Source: Histomonas meleagridis 2922-C6/04-290x (Eukaryota > Protista > Parabasalia). From it: 64,000 nucleotides of DNA. The notes beneath the pieces were generated by a model, which had not been told where the DNA came from, did no database searches, and saw only the letters and a list, made by a program, of their open reading frames with translations. Of this stretch, positions 10,265 through 21,926 are shown piece after piece; positions within the stretch are counted from its first letter, which is position 1; each line of letters opens with the position of its first letter. Made by a program: the position numbers and the translations under genes. Where the stretch lies: the NCBI GenBank assembly GCA_020184695.1, contig JAANOX010000029.1:1-64000 (forward strand), written 5' to 3'.

Positions 10265-12907
10265 CTACTCATCCAATTTAAATCTCAACAAGTTATTTTC
10301 TTGAAATTCCATTGCTTCCAAAACATTTGCCACGAAATCAAATCCATTTTTTCTAATAATTTTTGCAGCTTCATCAAATTTTCGGCATGCGATCATGACA
10401 GAAGCAGCTTGAACAAACTGATTACCAATTAACAATGTTCGAACAAGTGAATCAAGAATTGCTTCGATTTCTTCTTTGTTCATTCTTATCTTCGCAATCT
10501 CAAGTACTTCTTCGACATTTCCCGTAGTCAAAAGAAGTTTCACTGCTTCTTTATATTGTTCTGTAATGATTAATATGTCGACTGCATCGGATATGTTATT
10601 CGAATCAATTAGCGCTGCAACTGATGGCGCGATTGAATGTGTCGAATCTTTACTATTAAAAAAACATACTTTAATGGAGTCAACTATAAAGTTTGGATTA
10701 TCTGAAGGTGAATCTAAAAACAAATTTATGGCTTCTTCATTGTTACCTAATAACAGATCAAGTCGAGCTTTACGTACGCGTAAAATTTTATGAGATGATA
10801 ACGTTAACATCCCATTAATCACATCTAAAAATGAGCGAATCCTTTCGACATTAAAATTGGCACAAAAACAATTCGATGTAAATTGGGTTGGCGATAATGA
10901 TAAAAGTAATATTGATAACAAATGATAACCAGATTTAGAAGCAAGGTTACAAATCGTTGATAAATCTTTTTCTTTATCATTTTTAAGTTCTGTTATAAAT
11001 TCTTCTTTTGTTAAATTATTAATTTCATTTGGATGAGAGACCGTTAAGAAGGTGTCGGCCGATAGAACGGTTAGTGTTGGCTGTGACGGTTTTCTTATCA
11101 AAATCCGATTTGAATCAACCCATTTAATTTTTTCAACGCAATTTTCATCGTTTATGAATTCAATGCGATAACAATCGTTTTCGTATTTAATTAAACCTGT
11201 TGAATTTGATATATCGCAAATATAAATTTTGTTACCAAGAATTTCAATTGAAGTAATTTGCTTTTTTAAGAAAGGGATTGAAACAGGATTACCACCGAAC
11301 CAATCGATTATAATTATATCGCCATGATTAGTTCCACATATTAAATGATCATTTAACGCCTTAATTACAGTTAAATGTTCATTTAATTTTATTATATTAA
11401 AATCGATTTTTTTCAACAAATTATAACTTTCGTTAGGGTTATCAGGAGAAAGTAAATATTTTTTACCAATACCTTTTGGTGTTATATTAATAATTTCTTC
11501 GTCATACACGTCAGAAAATGTTGCGATCACTTGAGTTTGTTCGATTATTGTTGCGAAGTTTTTTGTTTCTTTAAACAAAAGTATAATATAACCACTTATA
11601 ACTAATGCGAAATATTTTCTATTCTTCGATACAATTAAATCAATTGATGTTTCAAGTGAGACAAGTGATGAACGTAATAACGAAACTGATTTCATTGAAT
11701 TAACATCATAAAAAAATGATTTAATTTTATTGTCAACAGTTTTTATAACAGAAACAAATTTATTATCATTCAACCAAACTATGCGTATAATTTTGCCGTC
11801 ATATATTTGGAAGAATTTTATGATTTTCGATTCGTTTGTTATTGATACATAGCCACTTTTCGATCCAGTAATAAGTGAATTATTATATACATCAAAATCA
11901 TTTGGCTTCGATGGAAGCATTTTATAAACACATTGAAGAAGAATATCATGTTCTTTGTATTCAAAGATTTGAAGATATCCTCCAGCTGATAAAACAGCAA
12001 TTTTGTTTCGATAATACGACGCTGTAATTAATGAACAAATGTTATTCTTAGGTTGCGATAAATATGTTATATGTCGCCCTCGAATAATGCCATTATTAAA
12101 TACATCGTAATTACGAATGTGCGTGTTGTGTACTAATGAAAAAATCGTTTCGTCTGTTTCATCAAAAAAAATGTTGAATATTCGTTCGTGACCCATTTCA
12201 GAGCCTATGACTTTGATAAGAGCTTTATCAGCAAGCGTATAGATAAAAATACCAGTTTTGTCAACAAATAAAAGAGTGTTATTAAGAAATGGATAAAATC
12301 TGACATTATGAAGAGGTTCATCATCAACTGGAAACTTGCCTCCAAGATTGATTGTCTCACCAGATCGTGTGGATAGTATCTTAAAAAGACCAAACTTTGA
12401 AGATACTAGTAGTGAATTAGAGTCAAATGGTGATATTGATAAAAAATCAGGCGAAAATTGGATTTCATTTGTCCAAAGAACTTTGAAGCTATCACCCGTG
12501 ATTTTGAAGCATGTGACATTGTAATTTGCATCCCCAATAAAAAATATATCACTTGATATTATGGACCATATAGATGATACAATTGAGCGATCTGTAGAAA
12601 AGCTTGCAATATTGCGTTTTTTAGAAAAGTCATAGACAAGACCTAATGATCTTGTTGTGATTAAAAGTTGAATTGGTGTTTGTCCATCAGCATCAAACCC
12701 TGAACACCATGAGAGAGTTGTAATAATTTGATTTAATGGATTCATTGTTAAAAGCAATTCAATATTTTGAGATTGTGGTGAAAAAATGGATAAAATTGGA
12801 CCATTGGACATTGCCAACAAGTTGTTTGTAGACCATGAAAGTAAGTTATTTTGCGCTGTTTTTGATGGATATGGCCAATCCACATTTGGAAATTCCTGAT
12901 TGCTCAT
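10265..12907 (-). CDS. WDR11-like WD40/beta-propeller plus alpha-solenoid protein
   Basis: 880-aa ORF with beta-rich repeats; the C-terminal LLLGNNEEAINLFL...NPNFIVDSIKVC...AVDILIITEQYKEAVKLL resembles the WDR11 C-terminus (recalled similarity, not searched). Confidence 0.6.
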   Translation of the reverse strand: MSNQEFPNVDWPYPSKTAQNNLLSWSTNNLLAMSNGPILSIFSPQSQNIELLLTMNPLNQIITTLSWCSGFDADGQTPIQLLITTRSLGLVYDFSKKRNIASFSTDRSIVSSIWSIISSDIFFIGDANYNVTCFKITGDSFKVLWTNEIQFSPDFLSISPFDSNSLLVSSKFGLFKILSTRSGETINLGGKFPVDDEPLHNVRFYPFLNNTLLFVDKTGIFIYTLADKALIKVIGSEMGHERIFNIFFDETDETIFSLVHNTHIRNYDVFNNGIIRGRHITYLSQPKNNICSLITASYYRNKIAVLSAGGYLQIFEYKEHDILLQCVYKMLPSKPNDFDVYNNSLITGSKSGYVSITNESKIIKFFQIYDGKIIRIVWLNDNKFVSVIKTVDNKIKSFFYDVNSMKSVSLLRSSLVSLETSIDLIVSKNRKYFALVISGYIILLFKETKNFATIIEQTQVIATFSDVYDEEIINITPKGIGKKYLLSPDNPNESYNLLKKIDFNIIKLNEHLTVIKALNDHLICGTNHGDIIIIDWFGGNPVSIPFLKKQITSIEILGNKIYICDISNSTGLIKYENDCYRIEFINDENCVEKIKWVDSNRILIRKPSQPTLTVLSADTFLTVSHPNEINNLTKEEFITELKNDKEKDLSTICNLASKSGYHLLSILLLSLSPTQFTSNCFCANFNVERIRSFLDVINGMLTLSSHKILRVRKARLDLLLGNNEEAINLFLDSPSDNPNFIVDSIKVCFFNSKDSTHSIAPSVAALIDSNNISDAVDILIITEQYKEAVKLLLTTGNVEEVLEIAKIRMNKEEIEAILDSLVRTLLIGNQFVQAASVMIACRKFDEAAKIIRKNGFDFVANVLEAMEFQENNLLRFKLDE

Positions 12908-13178
12908 TCGGTTTTAATGTTGTACGTGGTGTATAAACGGTTTTTTGGATACCCTTTTTTCTGACGTCTTTCAAATCCTCACAATTTCATAGAAAAAGTG
13001 GATTGAGCTCATTTGAGAGTTTCTCCAATAGATCCGAAGATAGCATCTTTTCCTTTGACTTCTATAAGCTAAGAGTTACAATTTCGGGTAAACCTATCTT
13101 TATTAAACAGAAAATTTTTGTGTATCGAACAAATTATTTTGACAAAATTGTCTTTGCTTAACGGTGTGAAGCTCGAAT

Positions 13179-13595
13179 CTAAGAGCCGTGACCCCGAGCT
13201 GGTGGACAGGAAGCAATTTTATAAAGTGCATTTGCTGTTTTTTGAAGTGAATGCAACCATTCACCGGTTGGTCTCAGCGGTACTGTTGAGAGTTTGCGGT
13301 AAACCCATTGTCGCATTTCAATAGCAATAAGGTATCTCAGATCTGTTTTATCGAAATAAAGAAATGCATTTTTCCAAATTTGATCAACATCATTAATCCA
13401 TTCCTCAACATTTTGATATAAATTCTGTTCAAGTTTTTTCATAACTGTTTTAAGGTCCATTGGTTTTTTAATAAATGAGAAATAATCGGGATACTCAGGT
13501 CCTTGTTCAATTGGATGCGAGAATGGCCTGCAAATTTTCCTTGAAAGCATTGATTTTGTTAATTGAATACACTTTTGGAGAGCGAATCTCTCCAT
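13179..13595 (-). CDS. Bromodomain protein
   Basis: PFSHPI...YPDYFSFIKKPMDLKTVMKKL...Y...WINDVDQIWKNAFLY matches the bromodomain signature. Confidence 0.92.
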   Translation of the reverse strand: MERFALQKCIQLTKSMLSRKICRPFSHPIEQGPEYPDYFSFIKKPMDLKTVMKKLEQNLYQNVEEWINDVDQIWKNAFLYFDKTDLRYLIAIEMRQWVYRKLSTVPLRPTGEWLHSLQKTANALYKIASCPPARGHGS

Positions 13596-14559
13596 ATGAA
13601 GATGTCACTTTTTGTAAATATATTTTCTTAATAAGAAGTGTTAAACACAAAATCAATGCTTTTATTAAATATGTAACATATGTAAAATATTGATTTTCTT
13701 TAATTCAAAATATTCTATGAGAATAATCCATTCCAAAATTGTATGCATAGACAAGCCGTGTGATTCACAGTGTGAATTTCACACGGCCATGATTTCAAAA
13801 TGAATAGAACTTCTCAAACTTTGCATTAAAAAAATTTAAAGAAACATATTTTTCATCACATAAAAAATTACATTAATTGATTTATATTTGCCTGGAAATC
13901 TCCCTTAAATGAATACCCTCATTTTTACCTTACCACAATTTGTTACTCATAAATAGAAAAAAATTCAAGAAAGAAATTAACACCAATAAATCATGAATAT
14001 AATATAAAGAAAAAATTAAAAATATCGAAAAGAACAGATATTGAATTTGATGAATTAAAAATTATTATAACTATAGTAGGATAAAAGGATATGAATTTAG
14101 CATAACGTTTCTTCTCACAAACAAATTTTATTATGATTATTTTGAACATTACAAATTTTTCTTCTTGCAAAAAATAAAAAAAATTTATTATATGCATTGA
14201 ATATAACCTCCGCTTTAGAACTAGAAGCCGATCATTTTGGACTGTTAACCACAACCATCGAATCCATCGACTTCAAAAGATACACAAGAATTTCCATATT
14301 TGACTAAGTTTGTTATTTTTGAGCCAAAAGATTTGATGAAGAGTGCGAATGTAAAGCTCAGTTCAAAACCCATTGAACTCATAAGCATTCAAAAGTATCC
14401 CAACCACCTGAAAATTTAAATTTAAAATCCGTGGCCGTTATTTACACAACAACATTGCTACTAACATTCTGTGGTTTATCAGAAAAAAATTTTCGATGCG
14501 ATTCAGTTGGTTAAGGTCGGCGAGTGATCCAACTGTTGAAGAAAAAAAATGCCGAATAT

Positions 14560-15165
14560 AAAAGTGTCAAATATATTCAAAACCAGATGCTTCCTCAACA
14601 CCAAAAAGAATTTGTATCATTTATTGAATGGCAAATCGAACAAAAAATATTTGATATTAATGGTAAATATGTTTCTCATGAAGATTTAACGTTTAATATT
14701 TTTTTTTTTGGAATTTATATAAAATTAGTGAAACAGCACTTTATTGGGCAACACGCCAAGGTCATTCTGAAGTTACAAAAGTTCTTCTTAAACAAAAAGG
14801 AATTGATATTAATGCTAAAAGTATTTATATGTTTTATTTAAAATTTATTTTAATAATTTTATATTTCAAAATAATATTTGAAAATTATTTAAATTATTTG
14901 AAACAGCACTTATGAAAGCATCTGAAAGTGGTCATACAGAAATAGTTAAATTACTTCTTGAACAAGAGAATATTGATATTGATGCTAAAAATATTTATTT
15001 GTTTTATTTGATGTTTATTTTAATAATTTGAAAATTCAAAATAATATTTGGAATTACTTATAAACATATAAAACAGCGCTTATGATATCATCAGAAAAGA
15101 AAAGTGCAGAAATTATTCGATTATTTGCAGACAAAATTCAACATCATAAATGTGACGACATAATA
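14560..15165 (+). pseudogene. Ankyrin-repeat C-terminal fragment (locus B) with 17-nt inserts
   Basis: Spacers at 14671-14732 (62 nt), 14823-14902 (80 nt) and 14993-15072 (80 nt) between ankyrin blocks; terminal repeat ends at TAA 15163-15165. Confidence 0.75.
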
Positions 15166-15409
15166 AAATTAAAAGATTCACAAGGATAAAAGAGGAAATA
15201 TTTAAATATTGAAATAAACATTTCCTAAATTCATTTTGTTTTCATATATTATTATTAATGCATTAAATTTGATAAATCGAATATTTTATATCATATTTCA
15301 TTATATGATTTTCATATAATTTGATTAAAATTTTTGTGAAAAAAAATGATGAAAAATTCATAACATCAAAAAATTAATTATTATTCATAGTATTATTTAC
15401 TCTTAAAGT

Positions 15410-15670
15410 TTAATGGAAGTCTATTGAGTACACCTTATTATTTTCAGTCCCATAATACAAAACATTTGTTCTTGAGTCGAAGTACATCGTTACGACTGCG
15501 TCCTGTAACTCGAAAGTCCTTAAAATCCTCAAACACGGCAAACTTAACAATGTCAACTTGTTATTTAAGTCGGACACTGCCAACACGTAATCCTTATGTG
15601 CAATAATCATTTCGCACCATTGTATTTTCGAACTTTGAATTTCCAATTCTTCAATTTTATTTAAATCCAT
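15410..15670 (-). CDS. Small hypothetical protein, WD40-blade-like
   Basis: 86-aa ORF from ATG 15670 with beta-strand pattern (VVTMYFDSRTNVLYYGTENNKVYSIDF). Confidence 0.4.
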   Translation of the reverse strand: MDLNKIEELEIQSSKIQWCEMIIAHKDYVLAVSDLNNKLTLLSLPCLRILRTFELQDAVVTMYFDSRTNVLYYGTENNKVYSIDFH

Positions 15671-16259
15671 TCCATATGTAAATATTTTTAAAATTTTATT
15701 TTTAATAATTTCACAACATATCAATATACAAGGCGATGCACTAATTTTTAACATTCAAATATTATAATCAAATGATCTATAGATCACACGGCCCCTATAT
15801 GCAACTTTATATATGAAGTGGCACTGGTCTTTATTTATTTATGAATAATAAATATATTTTTTAATATTTGGGAATATTTGATTATTTTTTCAGAAATAAT
15901 CTTTTATATAAATTTTTACGAATGATAATTATTCTGGTGGGTGAAAAAGCCGATAGGAATGTTTTCATTGAAACAAAACGGTTTTAATGATTTTTAAATT
16001 CAAATATCTTTATTAATTATCATTAAATCAATTATTTTTTTTAATTGTGATCTAAATTTTAGTTATTAAGTGTTTTTAAGTCATTCATTATTTTCAAGAT
16101 AATCTTTTTTTTGAGATACGTGAAATCGCATTCAATTTTTGACGGTTTTGAAATTTTGAAACTTATTTTATATCCAATCGATTCCATAAAAAAATTTGAA
16201 TTCGGTTTTTCTCATTATTTCACACCAAAACAAGAAATGTATATAATATTCTCTATTTA

Positions 16260-18899
16260 TTACAAAGGTGAAACGTATTCATCTTCATTTTCTATCGAAA
16301 GTTCGGCCTCATTAATTTGTGAATCCATCAATTCCTTTGCTATTGTTTTCTGTATCAAAGAGTTTCTCAGTATCCTCATTTCTTCTGGGTTATATCTTCC
16401 TGAAGAAATCATAAATTCGGAGACAATTTGCAAAAATTCGTCTGATGAACCATTATTAACAACTTCTCTGATAGCAATAGCGAATTCCTTTGACACCTCG
16501 TTATCTCCGACAAATTGGCAAACAGCTTGTGTCACGAATTGATCTGTTATTGGTCCGAGTGTATTTGTTCTAATATGTTTTTTATAGACAGAGAGCAACA
16601 ACTTAGCCAAAGACTTCAACATCTTGAAGTGCATTTCATCGAAAAGTGTCGCGAATAATGCATGAATTATCATTTGTTCATAATTTTCGAAAAATTTTGG
16701 GTTCTTAGTTTTCCTGATCATTGTTCTTAGCATTGTTGAGGCCGATTTACTCAGATCCAATGACGGGCAAGGCAAACATTGACAAGCTTTTGGTATTACA
16801 AATCCTTCTTCTTCTTCATTCAAACCGCAGATTGTAAAGAATTCAAAAAACGGCGGTTGCGGATCATCCAACATAAACCTTACAAAAGTTGATGATATTT
16901 GATCTCTATAATCCAACAATTCGTAATGGCATTGAGACAGTTGATTAAACGCGTTAACGATTGCATTACAATGAATTGGTTGAGCGTTACTTACTAATTT
17001 TAAGAACTTGGTGATTGGCTTTTTACACATTCCCCACGGGGCACCCCGCATTGACGATGCGAAAACAACCGCCAAGTCAGAGAAACAGTCATTTTCCATT
17101 GAAATTTTCATAGCGTTAATTAACGGCATCCAAAAGTTTTTGTTGATTAAATAAGAGCCACACATCGATATACTTGACAAAGAGAAAACGATTTGTGATC
17201 CAAGTAAAATACTATTAGGGTTATCTGATAATAAGAAACTTGAAGCGAAATTAGTAATTCGATTGATATTCATTTGTCGTACATTTATCGGTAATGAAAG
17301 TATAACTTTTGATATTATTCGACAAATTCGATGAAAGTTTTCTTCAGTAAAATTGTTTGGATTGATGATAATGTTAAATAAATATTCAACAAATGTCGGA
17401 TCATTAGTGATAACAACTGATGACTTAGACGCAACATGATTTAACGCTAATAAAGCTGTAGTTTGGAAGTCCGGATTTTCATTTACGTTATCATACACTA
17501 AAAATAATGAAAACAAATGTCGGAATGAATTTAATAGTTCAACGTTTTGTTGTAATATTTCTTCGTTTCTTGATAACGCAAAAAAGATTGCAGAGATTAT
17601 TGTTATGTCGGGCGTTTTAAGTTTGGAACATTCATTCATTATTTGTAATAACTTCTCCGTAAATATCGGATGCTTAATAATCCCAATCGCATAACATAAT
17701 GAACATGACGGCTGCATTTTGGTCATGTAATCGATGATTGGCTCTGGTGAAATTTTATATAATGATAAAAAAGCAGATGGTGTTATCGGAGAGATAAATC
17801 GAGATAACTCTGTGGAAGATGGTAACAATTCACAAAAGGTAGTCACCGCTAATGGTATTAATGGCAACAACAAACTCGAAAATAAGGCTTGGGAGCTCAT
17901 AAAAAAATGTATTGAATCATTCCATAATTCCCAAAATGATAAAGAAAATGTGTCCAGTGGAGCAGCTAAGAGCGTAACTTCAAAAAGGCGCTGGATCTTT
18001 TGGATGCTTTCGTCCGAATCACAGATTGTGGGAATTGATATTAAAATATTCTTGATATAGTTACAGAGAAAGTTATGGAATTCTATGGGTATTGGCTGTT
18101 GGCTTCGAGAAATAAAGTCTACGAGGTTAGGAATTAAGGTGATAAGATGAGATGAATTTTGTGATAATAAATTGGTCATGGCTTCAATGGCAGGCGCTGT
18201 ATATCGTGAGTCTGTTACATAGTGATCGAAGAAAAAATGTGAAAATGTCAAAGATATTTGGGAATTGTCTGCAATGATATTACAAAATATTTTTGAAAAT
18301 TCTATAAAAGAAGTAACAACTTCTTCACTACTAAGAAAACCTTTCATGAATATGAAAATGTTTGGAATTTGTGTCATAAAATGTTCTAATACGATTGATC
18401 GTCTTTTAAGTGAAATCTTTGACGAAGAGTTAACAAGATAAAGGAAGTATGTAAGAATCATAAAGACATGGGAAGAAAGATCTTCTCTACCAGTACTTAA
18501 GAAATTGATTAGAAAAGGAATAAAATCTTCCCAATTTTCAGGATAATCATAAAACGCTATTTGTGCGATGACCTGTTCAAGCTTAGTTGAAATAAGGTTC
18601 TGTAATGAGTTATTAAACAAAAAATTTATGTAAAGTTCCTTGACTTGGTTTAAGACTTCTCTGTTATATTTAAACCAGGTTTCTTGGATAATATGCAGTA
18701 TCATACATAAGATTTGGAACTTTGAGTTGAAAGAAAGCTCTGCTGTTAATAAACTTGATATTGTAATCAATGAATTGGGTGAATTTTTACACGACTCCAA
18801 AAAAGCAGCGGCTTCTTGTTGTTGTTCACTAGTCCCAGATTGCATTAGGCCTACCATATTTTCAAAGGTTTCTGGAGAAACATAACCTTCTGGGAGCAT
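16260..18899 (-). CDS. Karyopherin-beta family, exportin-1/CRM1-like
   Basis: 879 aa; importin-beta N-terminal pattern (QQQEAAAFLE...KFQIL...W) and KLEQVIAQIAFYDYPENWEDFIP, typical of Xpo1. Confidence 0.75.
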   Translation of the reverse strand: MLPEGYVSPETFENMVGLMQSGTSEQQQEAAAFLESCKNSPNSLITISSLLTAELSFNSKFQILCMILHIIQETWFKYNREVLNQVKELYINFLFNNSLQNLISTKLEQVIAQIAFYDYPENWEDFIPFLINFLSTGREDLSSHVFMILTYFLYLVNSSSKISLKRRSIVLEHFMTQIPNIFIFMKGFLSSEEVVTSFIEFSKIFCNIIADNSQISLTFSHFFFDHYVTDSRYTAPAIEAMTNLLSQNSSHLITLIPNLVDFISRSQQPIPIEFHNFLCNYIKNILISIPTICDSDESIQKIQRLFEVTLLAAPLDTFSLSFWELWNDSIHFFMSSQALFSSLLLPLIPLAVTTFCELLPSSTELSRFISPITPSAFLSLYKISPEPIIDYMTKMQPSCSLCYAIGIIKHPIFTEKLLQIMNECSKLKTPDITIISAIFFALSRNEEILQQNVELLNSFRHLFSLFLVYDNVNENPDFQTTALLALNHVASKSSVVITNDPTFVEYLFNIIINPNNFTEENFHRICRIISKVILSLPINVRQMNINRITNFASSFLLSDNPNSILLGSQIVFSLSSISMCGSYLINKNFWMPLINAMKISMENDCFSDLAVVFASSMRGAPWGMCKKPITKFLKLVSNAQPIHCNAIVNAFNQLSQCHYELLDYRDQISSTFVRFMLDDPQPPFFEFFTICGLNEEEEGFVIPKACQCLPCPSLDLSKSASTMLRTMIRKTKNPKFFENYEQMIIHALFATLFDEMHFKMLKSLAKLLLSVYKKHIRTNTLGPITDQFVTQAVCQFVGDNEVSKEFAIAIREVVNNGSSDEFLQIVSEFMISSGRYNPEEMRILRNSLIQKTIAKELMDSQINEAELSIENEDEYVSPL

Positions 18900-19482
18900 A
18901 TGAGTTTGTCAACAAATTTATCACAGAATTTAAATGTTTGTCAACACACAATCCTCCGTTTTGTTGGATGGAGACCATTGAAATAAAATTTTTAAGCCGC
19001 TTTTTCGACTCAAATTCAAAGTCCCTATCAGAAAATAAAATTTTGGATTTGGTCGTCCTTGAATCCAATTTTCAAAACCAAAAAAACTCGTTCGAATTTA
19101 AGAATTGATGTTTAAGACAAAAAGGTCAAATTTCTTGGACTAAAGATAAATAATTTATCGTTAAAACATTTTTTCTAATTATCTTATTATTATTTTTAAG
19201 TATACATTTATTGCCAAAGCAAAAAGAAACACTACATATATGCTTGGGTGATTTTTTATTGAATAATAAAACATTCATGTTTTAACATATTGCAAAATTT
19301 GTTTCTTTAAAAAAGATACCTTTCATTCTGTTTTTAAAAGTAAAATTGTTGATAAGCCTGTTAATTTATTTCTAATTATTTAATGCATGTGGTCATTATT
19401 TTTAACATTTTTCAAGATCATTATTTTTAACGTCTTCCGATTTTTAACGATTATTTTTAATTGAAATTATTTTGGTCGTTCA

Positions 19483-20994
19483 ATGAACGATTTTTTCGAT
19501 AGCGAAACAGCGTTACCACCAAATGCAGAAACATTCGATGAATTTGGTCTTTCTAACACACTCCTTAGAGCTATCAAAAAAATGAAATTTGAAAAACCAA
19601 CACCTGTTCAATCACAAATGATTCCAATTGCTTTACAAGGAAAAGATATTTGTGCTTCAGCAGTAACAGGTTCTGGGAAAACTGCTGCATTTTTAATTCC
19701 CACAATCGAACAACTTTTAAGACATCCAACAGAACAACAATGTATCCGAACCTTAATTTTATCACCAACACGAGAACTTGCTCAACAAACCTTTTCAGTT
19801 TTAAGTCAATTAACTCAATATACTAATCTTACAGCTTTATTATTAATTGGTGGAATTCTCACACCACGTGATGAAGAGATAAAACTTCTTACATTCCCAG
19901 ACATAATAGTAGCCACGCCAGGTCGTTTTGTTGATCACATCAAAAACTTCAAAAAATTCAAATTAAATACAATTGAAATTCTCATACTTGATGAAGCAGA
20001 TCGTCTTCTTGATTCTGGTTTCATTCCACAAGTTGAAGAAATAGTCAAAAGTATTCCAGAACGTCGTCAAGCTCTTTTAGTTACTGCCACTATGACATCA
20101 TCAGTTGCTAAACTCGTTGATCTTGCACTTCAAACCCCAGTACGGATTGCATTAGATGAGTTATATTCTGTCAGTGACTCGTTATCGCAAGAATTTGTTC
20201 GTATCAAGCCTGAAACGCGTGATGCATCTCTTCTTGCCATTTGTTCCCGTTTATGCACCAAGAAAACCGTTATTTTCTTTCGGACCAAAAAAGCATGTCA
20301 TCGAATGTATGCGATCTTTAAAATCTTAGGCATGCCATCTGTTGAGTTACATGGCGACATGTCACAAATGAGACGCTATGAGTCACTTGCTGCATTTGCT
20401 AATGGAGCTGTTGAATTTCTTTTAGCATCAGACATAGCTGCACGTGGACTTGATATTAATGGAGTCGAAAATGTTATTAATTATAATATGCCAAAAAGAA
20501 TGAGCTTTTATATTCATCGAGTCGGACGTACTGCTCGTATAGGTAATAATGGTAGAGCTGTATCATTAATTGGTGAAGAAGATCGCGAAATGATGAAAGA
20601 TGTAATTAGGAACTCTCATAACCCTGTGCATAAGAGAACTATACCCGACGAAGTTATTCAGGCTTCGCAAGATAAGTTAAAAGAAATAATGAATGATGTT
20701 AAGGAGTTCCTCATTAAGGAAAAAGAAGAAAAAGCTTTGGAACAGTTAGAAAACGCAGTTGAAAGTACAAAGGAAATTGCGTTTAAACCTCAAAGTATTA
20801 GAGAAAAAGAAAATAGAGTATATATATCGAAAGAAAAAAGAAAGGCAAAGGATGTGGCGAACGTAGCGAAGAAAATTAAAAGAATGAAATTTATGCAGGA
20901 AAAGAAAAAAGATAAAAAACAGAACAAATTCGATAAGAAAAATGATAAAAAACAAAATAAATTTGATAAGAAAAATAAAAAATCACATAAATAA
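19483..20994 (+). CDS. DRS1: DEAD-box RNA helicase, DRS1/DDX27-like
   Basis: Q motif (PTPVQ), AVTGSGKT, PTRELA, TPGR, DEAD, TAT, ARGLD and HRVGRTAR, with a Lys-rich tail; DICASAVTGSGKTAAF is DRS1-like. Confidence 0.85.
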   Translation: MNDFFDSETALPPNAETFDEFGLSNTLLRAIKKMKFEKPTPVQSQMIPIALQGKDICASAVTGSGKTAAFLIPTIEQLLRHPTEQQCIRTLILSPTRELAQQTFSVLSQLTQYTNLTALLLIGGILTPRDEEIKLLTFPDIIVATPGRFVDHIKNFKKFKLNTIEILILDEADRLLDSGFIPQVEEIVKSIPERRQALLVTATMTSSVAKLVDLALQTPVRIALDELYSVSDSLSQEFVRIKPETRDASLLAICSRLCTKKTVIFFRTKKACHRMYAIFKILGMPSVELHGDMSQMRRYESLAAFANGAVEFLLASDIAARGLDINGVENVINYNMPKRMSFYIHRVGRTARIGNNGRAVSLIGEEDREMMKDVIRNSHNPVHKRTIPDEVIQASQDKLKEIMNDVKEFLIKEKEEKALEQLENAVESTKEIAFKPQSIREKENRVYISKEKRKAKDVANVAKKIKRMKFMQEKKKDKKQNKFDKKNDKKQNKFDKKNKKSHK

Positions 20995-21258
20995 ATATAA
21001 AATCAATATAATCATTATCTTATTAAATGAATAAATGAAAAAATTTGTGCGAAAATTTAATTGACATTTTTCTTATTTCATGTTATGATAAGTATCAAAG
21101 TCTTTATAAAGGTGAATCATTTTTTTAAAATCAGATTTCAGTGATTACAACGTCTAATTCTTGAAAATTCATTTCAAATTTGAATTTCTCTAGTTTAAAA
21201 AAATTAAAGAAACCTTTTAGCAAAAAAGTAAATAAAAATAATTAAATAAAGAAAAGGT

Positions 21259-21879
21259 TTAGTTATAATATTTCTTATTGAATTCTTGGAGCTTTTTATA
21301 AATTTCATTTTTTTCAAGGATTGCAGTTTGAAAATCTTTTGCCTCCAAAAGTTTTTTTGCTTCTTTCATAAAACCGATTTCTTTATCTTTGAGTAAACCT
21401 TTGCTTTCATATTCTTTTGCTTTTTCTCTGTCATTTCCTACAACCATCAAAAGACATTGACATTGAAGCATATTATATTTGCCCCCGAAAACATCATAAA
21501 GTTTTTTTACTTTTTTTTCCGTTATGTAAGAAAGATATTTTGAATTTATATAAGCACTTTCTTTTTTCGGTGGAATAATTTCGTATGAAGTTGAATCAAA
21601 TTTTTGAATAGAAGGGGTTTGAGGAAAACTAATTCCGCGACAATAAGCTTTTAAGTGTGAAGAATCTTGTACACCTGTATCTTTTAATTTCATATTATCT
21701 TGAAGAATTTTTTTTTGGAAATATAATTTCGTTTCTTCAACTTTATAACCATTAGAATCATCAAGCATTTTCTTTATGTCAAGTATTGTTGAATCACTTG
21801 AGATATTAATTTCAATTGTATTCTTTTGCTTTATTTCATCAATGTAAATTTTCATCATTTTTGCATTAAAAAGTGACAT
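21259..21879 (-). CDS. Ubiquitin-like (UBL) domain protein
   Basis: N-terminal UBL pattern (IEINISSDSTILDIKKML...TKLYFQKKILQDNMKLKDTGV). Divergently transcribed from RPS6. Confidence 0.7.
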   Translation of the reverse strand: MSLFNAKMMKIYIDEIKQKNTIEINISSDSTILDIKKMLDDSNGYKVEETKLYFQKKILQDNMKLKDTGVQDSSHLKAYCRGISFPQTPSIQKFDSTSYEIIPPKKESAYINSKYLSYITEKKVKKLYDVFGGKYNMLQCQCLLMVVGNDREKAKEYESKGLLKDKEIGFMKEAKKLLEAKDFQTAILEKNEIYKKLQEFNKKYYN

Positions 21880-21926
21880 CCTTTCTGGAAAACGTTAAAT
21901 CTTTTTTAGGAAAACGTTAAGTAGAT

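Noticed and set aside
14498-14535. tRNA-like sequence (TCAGTTGGTTAA A-box-like, CAGTTGG/CCAACTG stem)
   Set aside because: No anticodon arm, T-loop (GTTCRA) or acceptor stem can be built.
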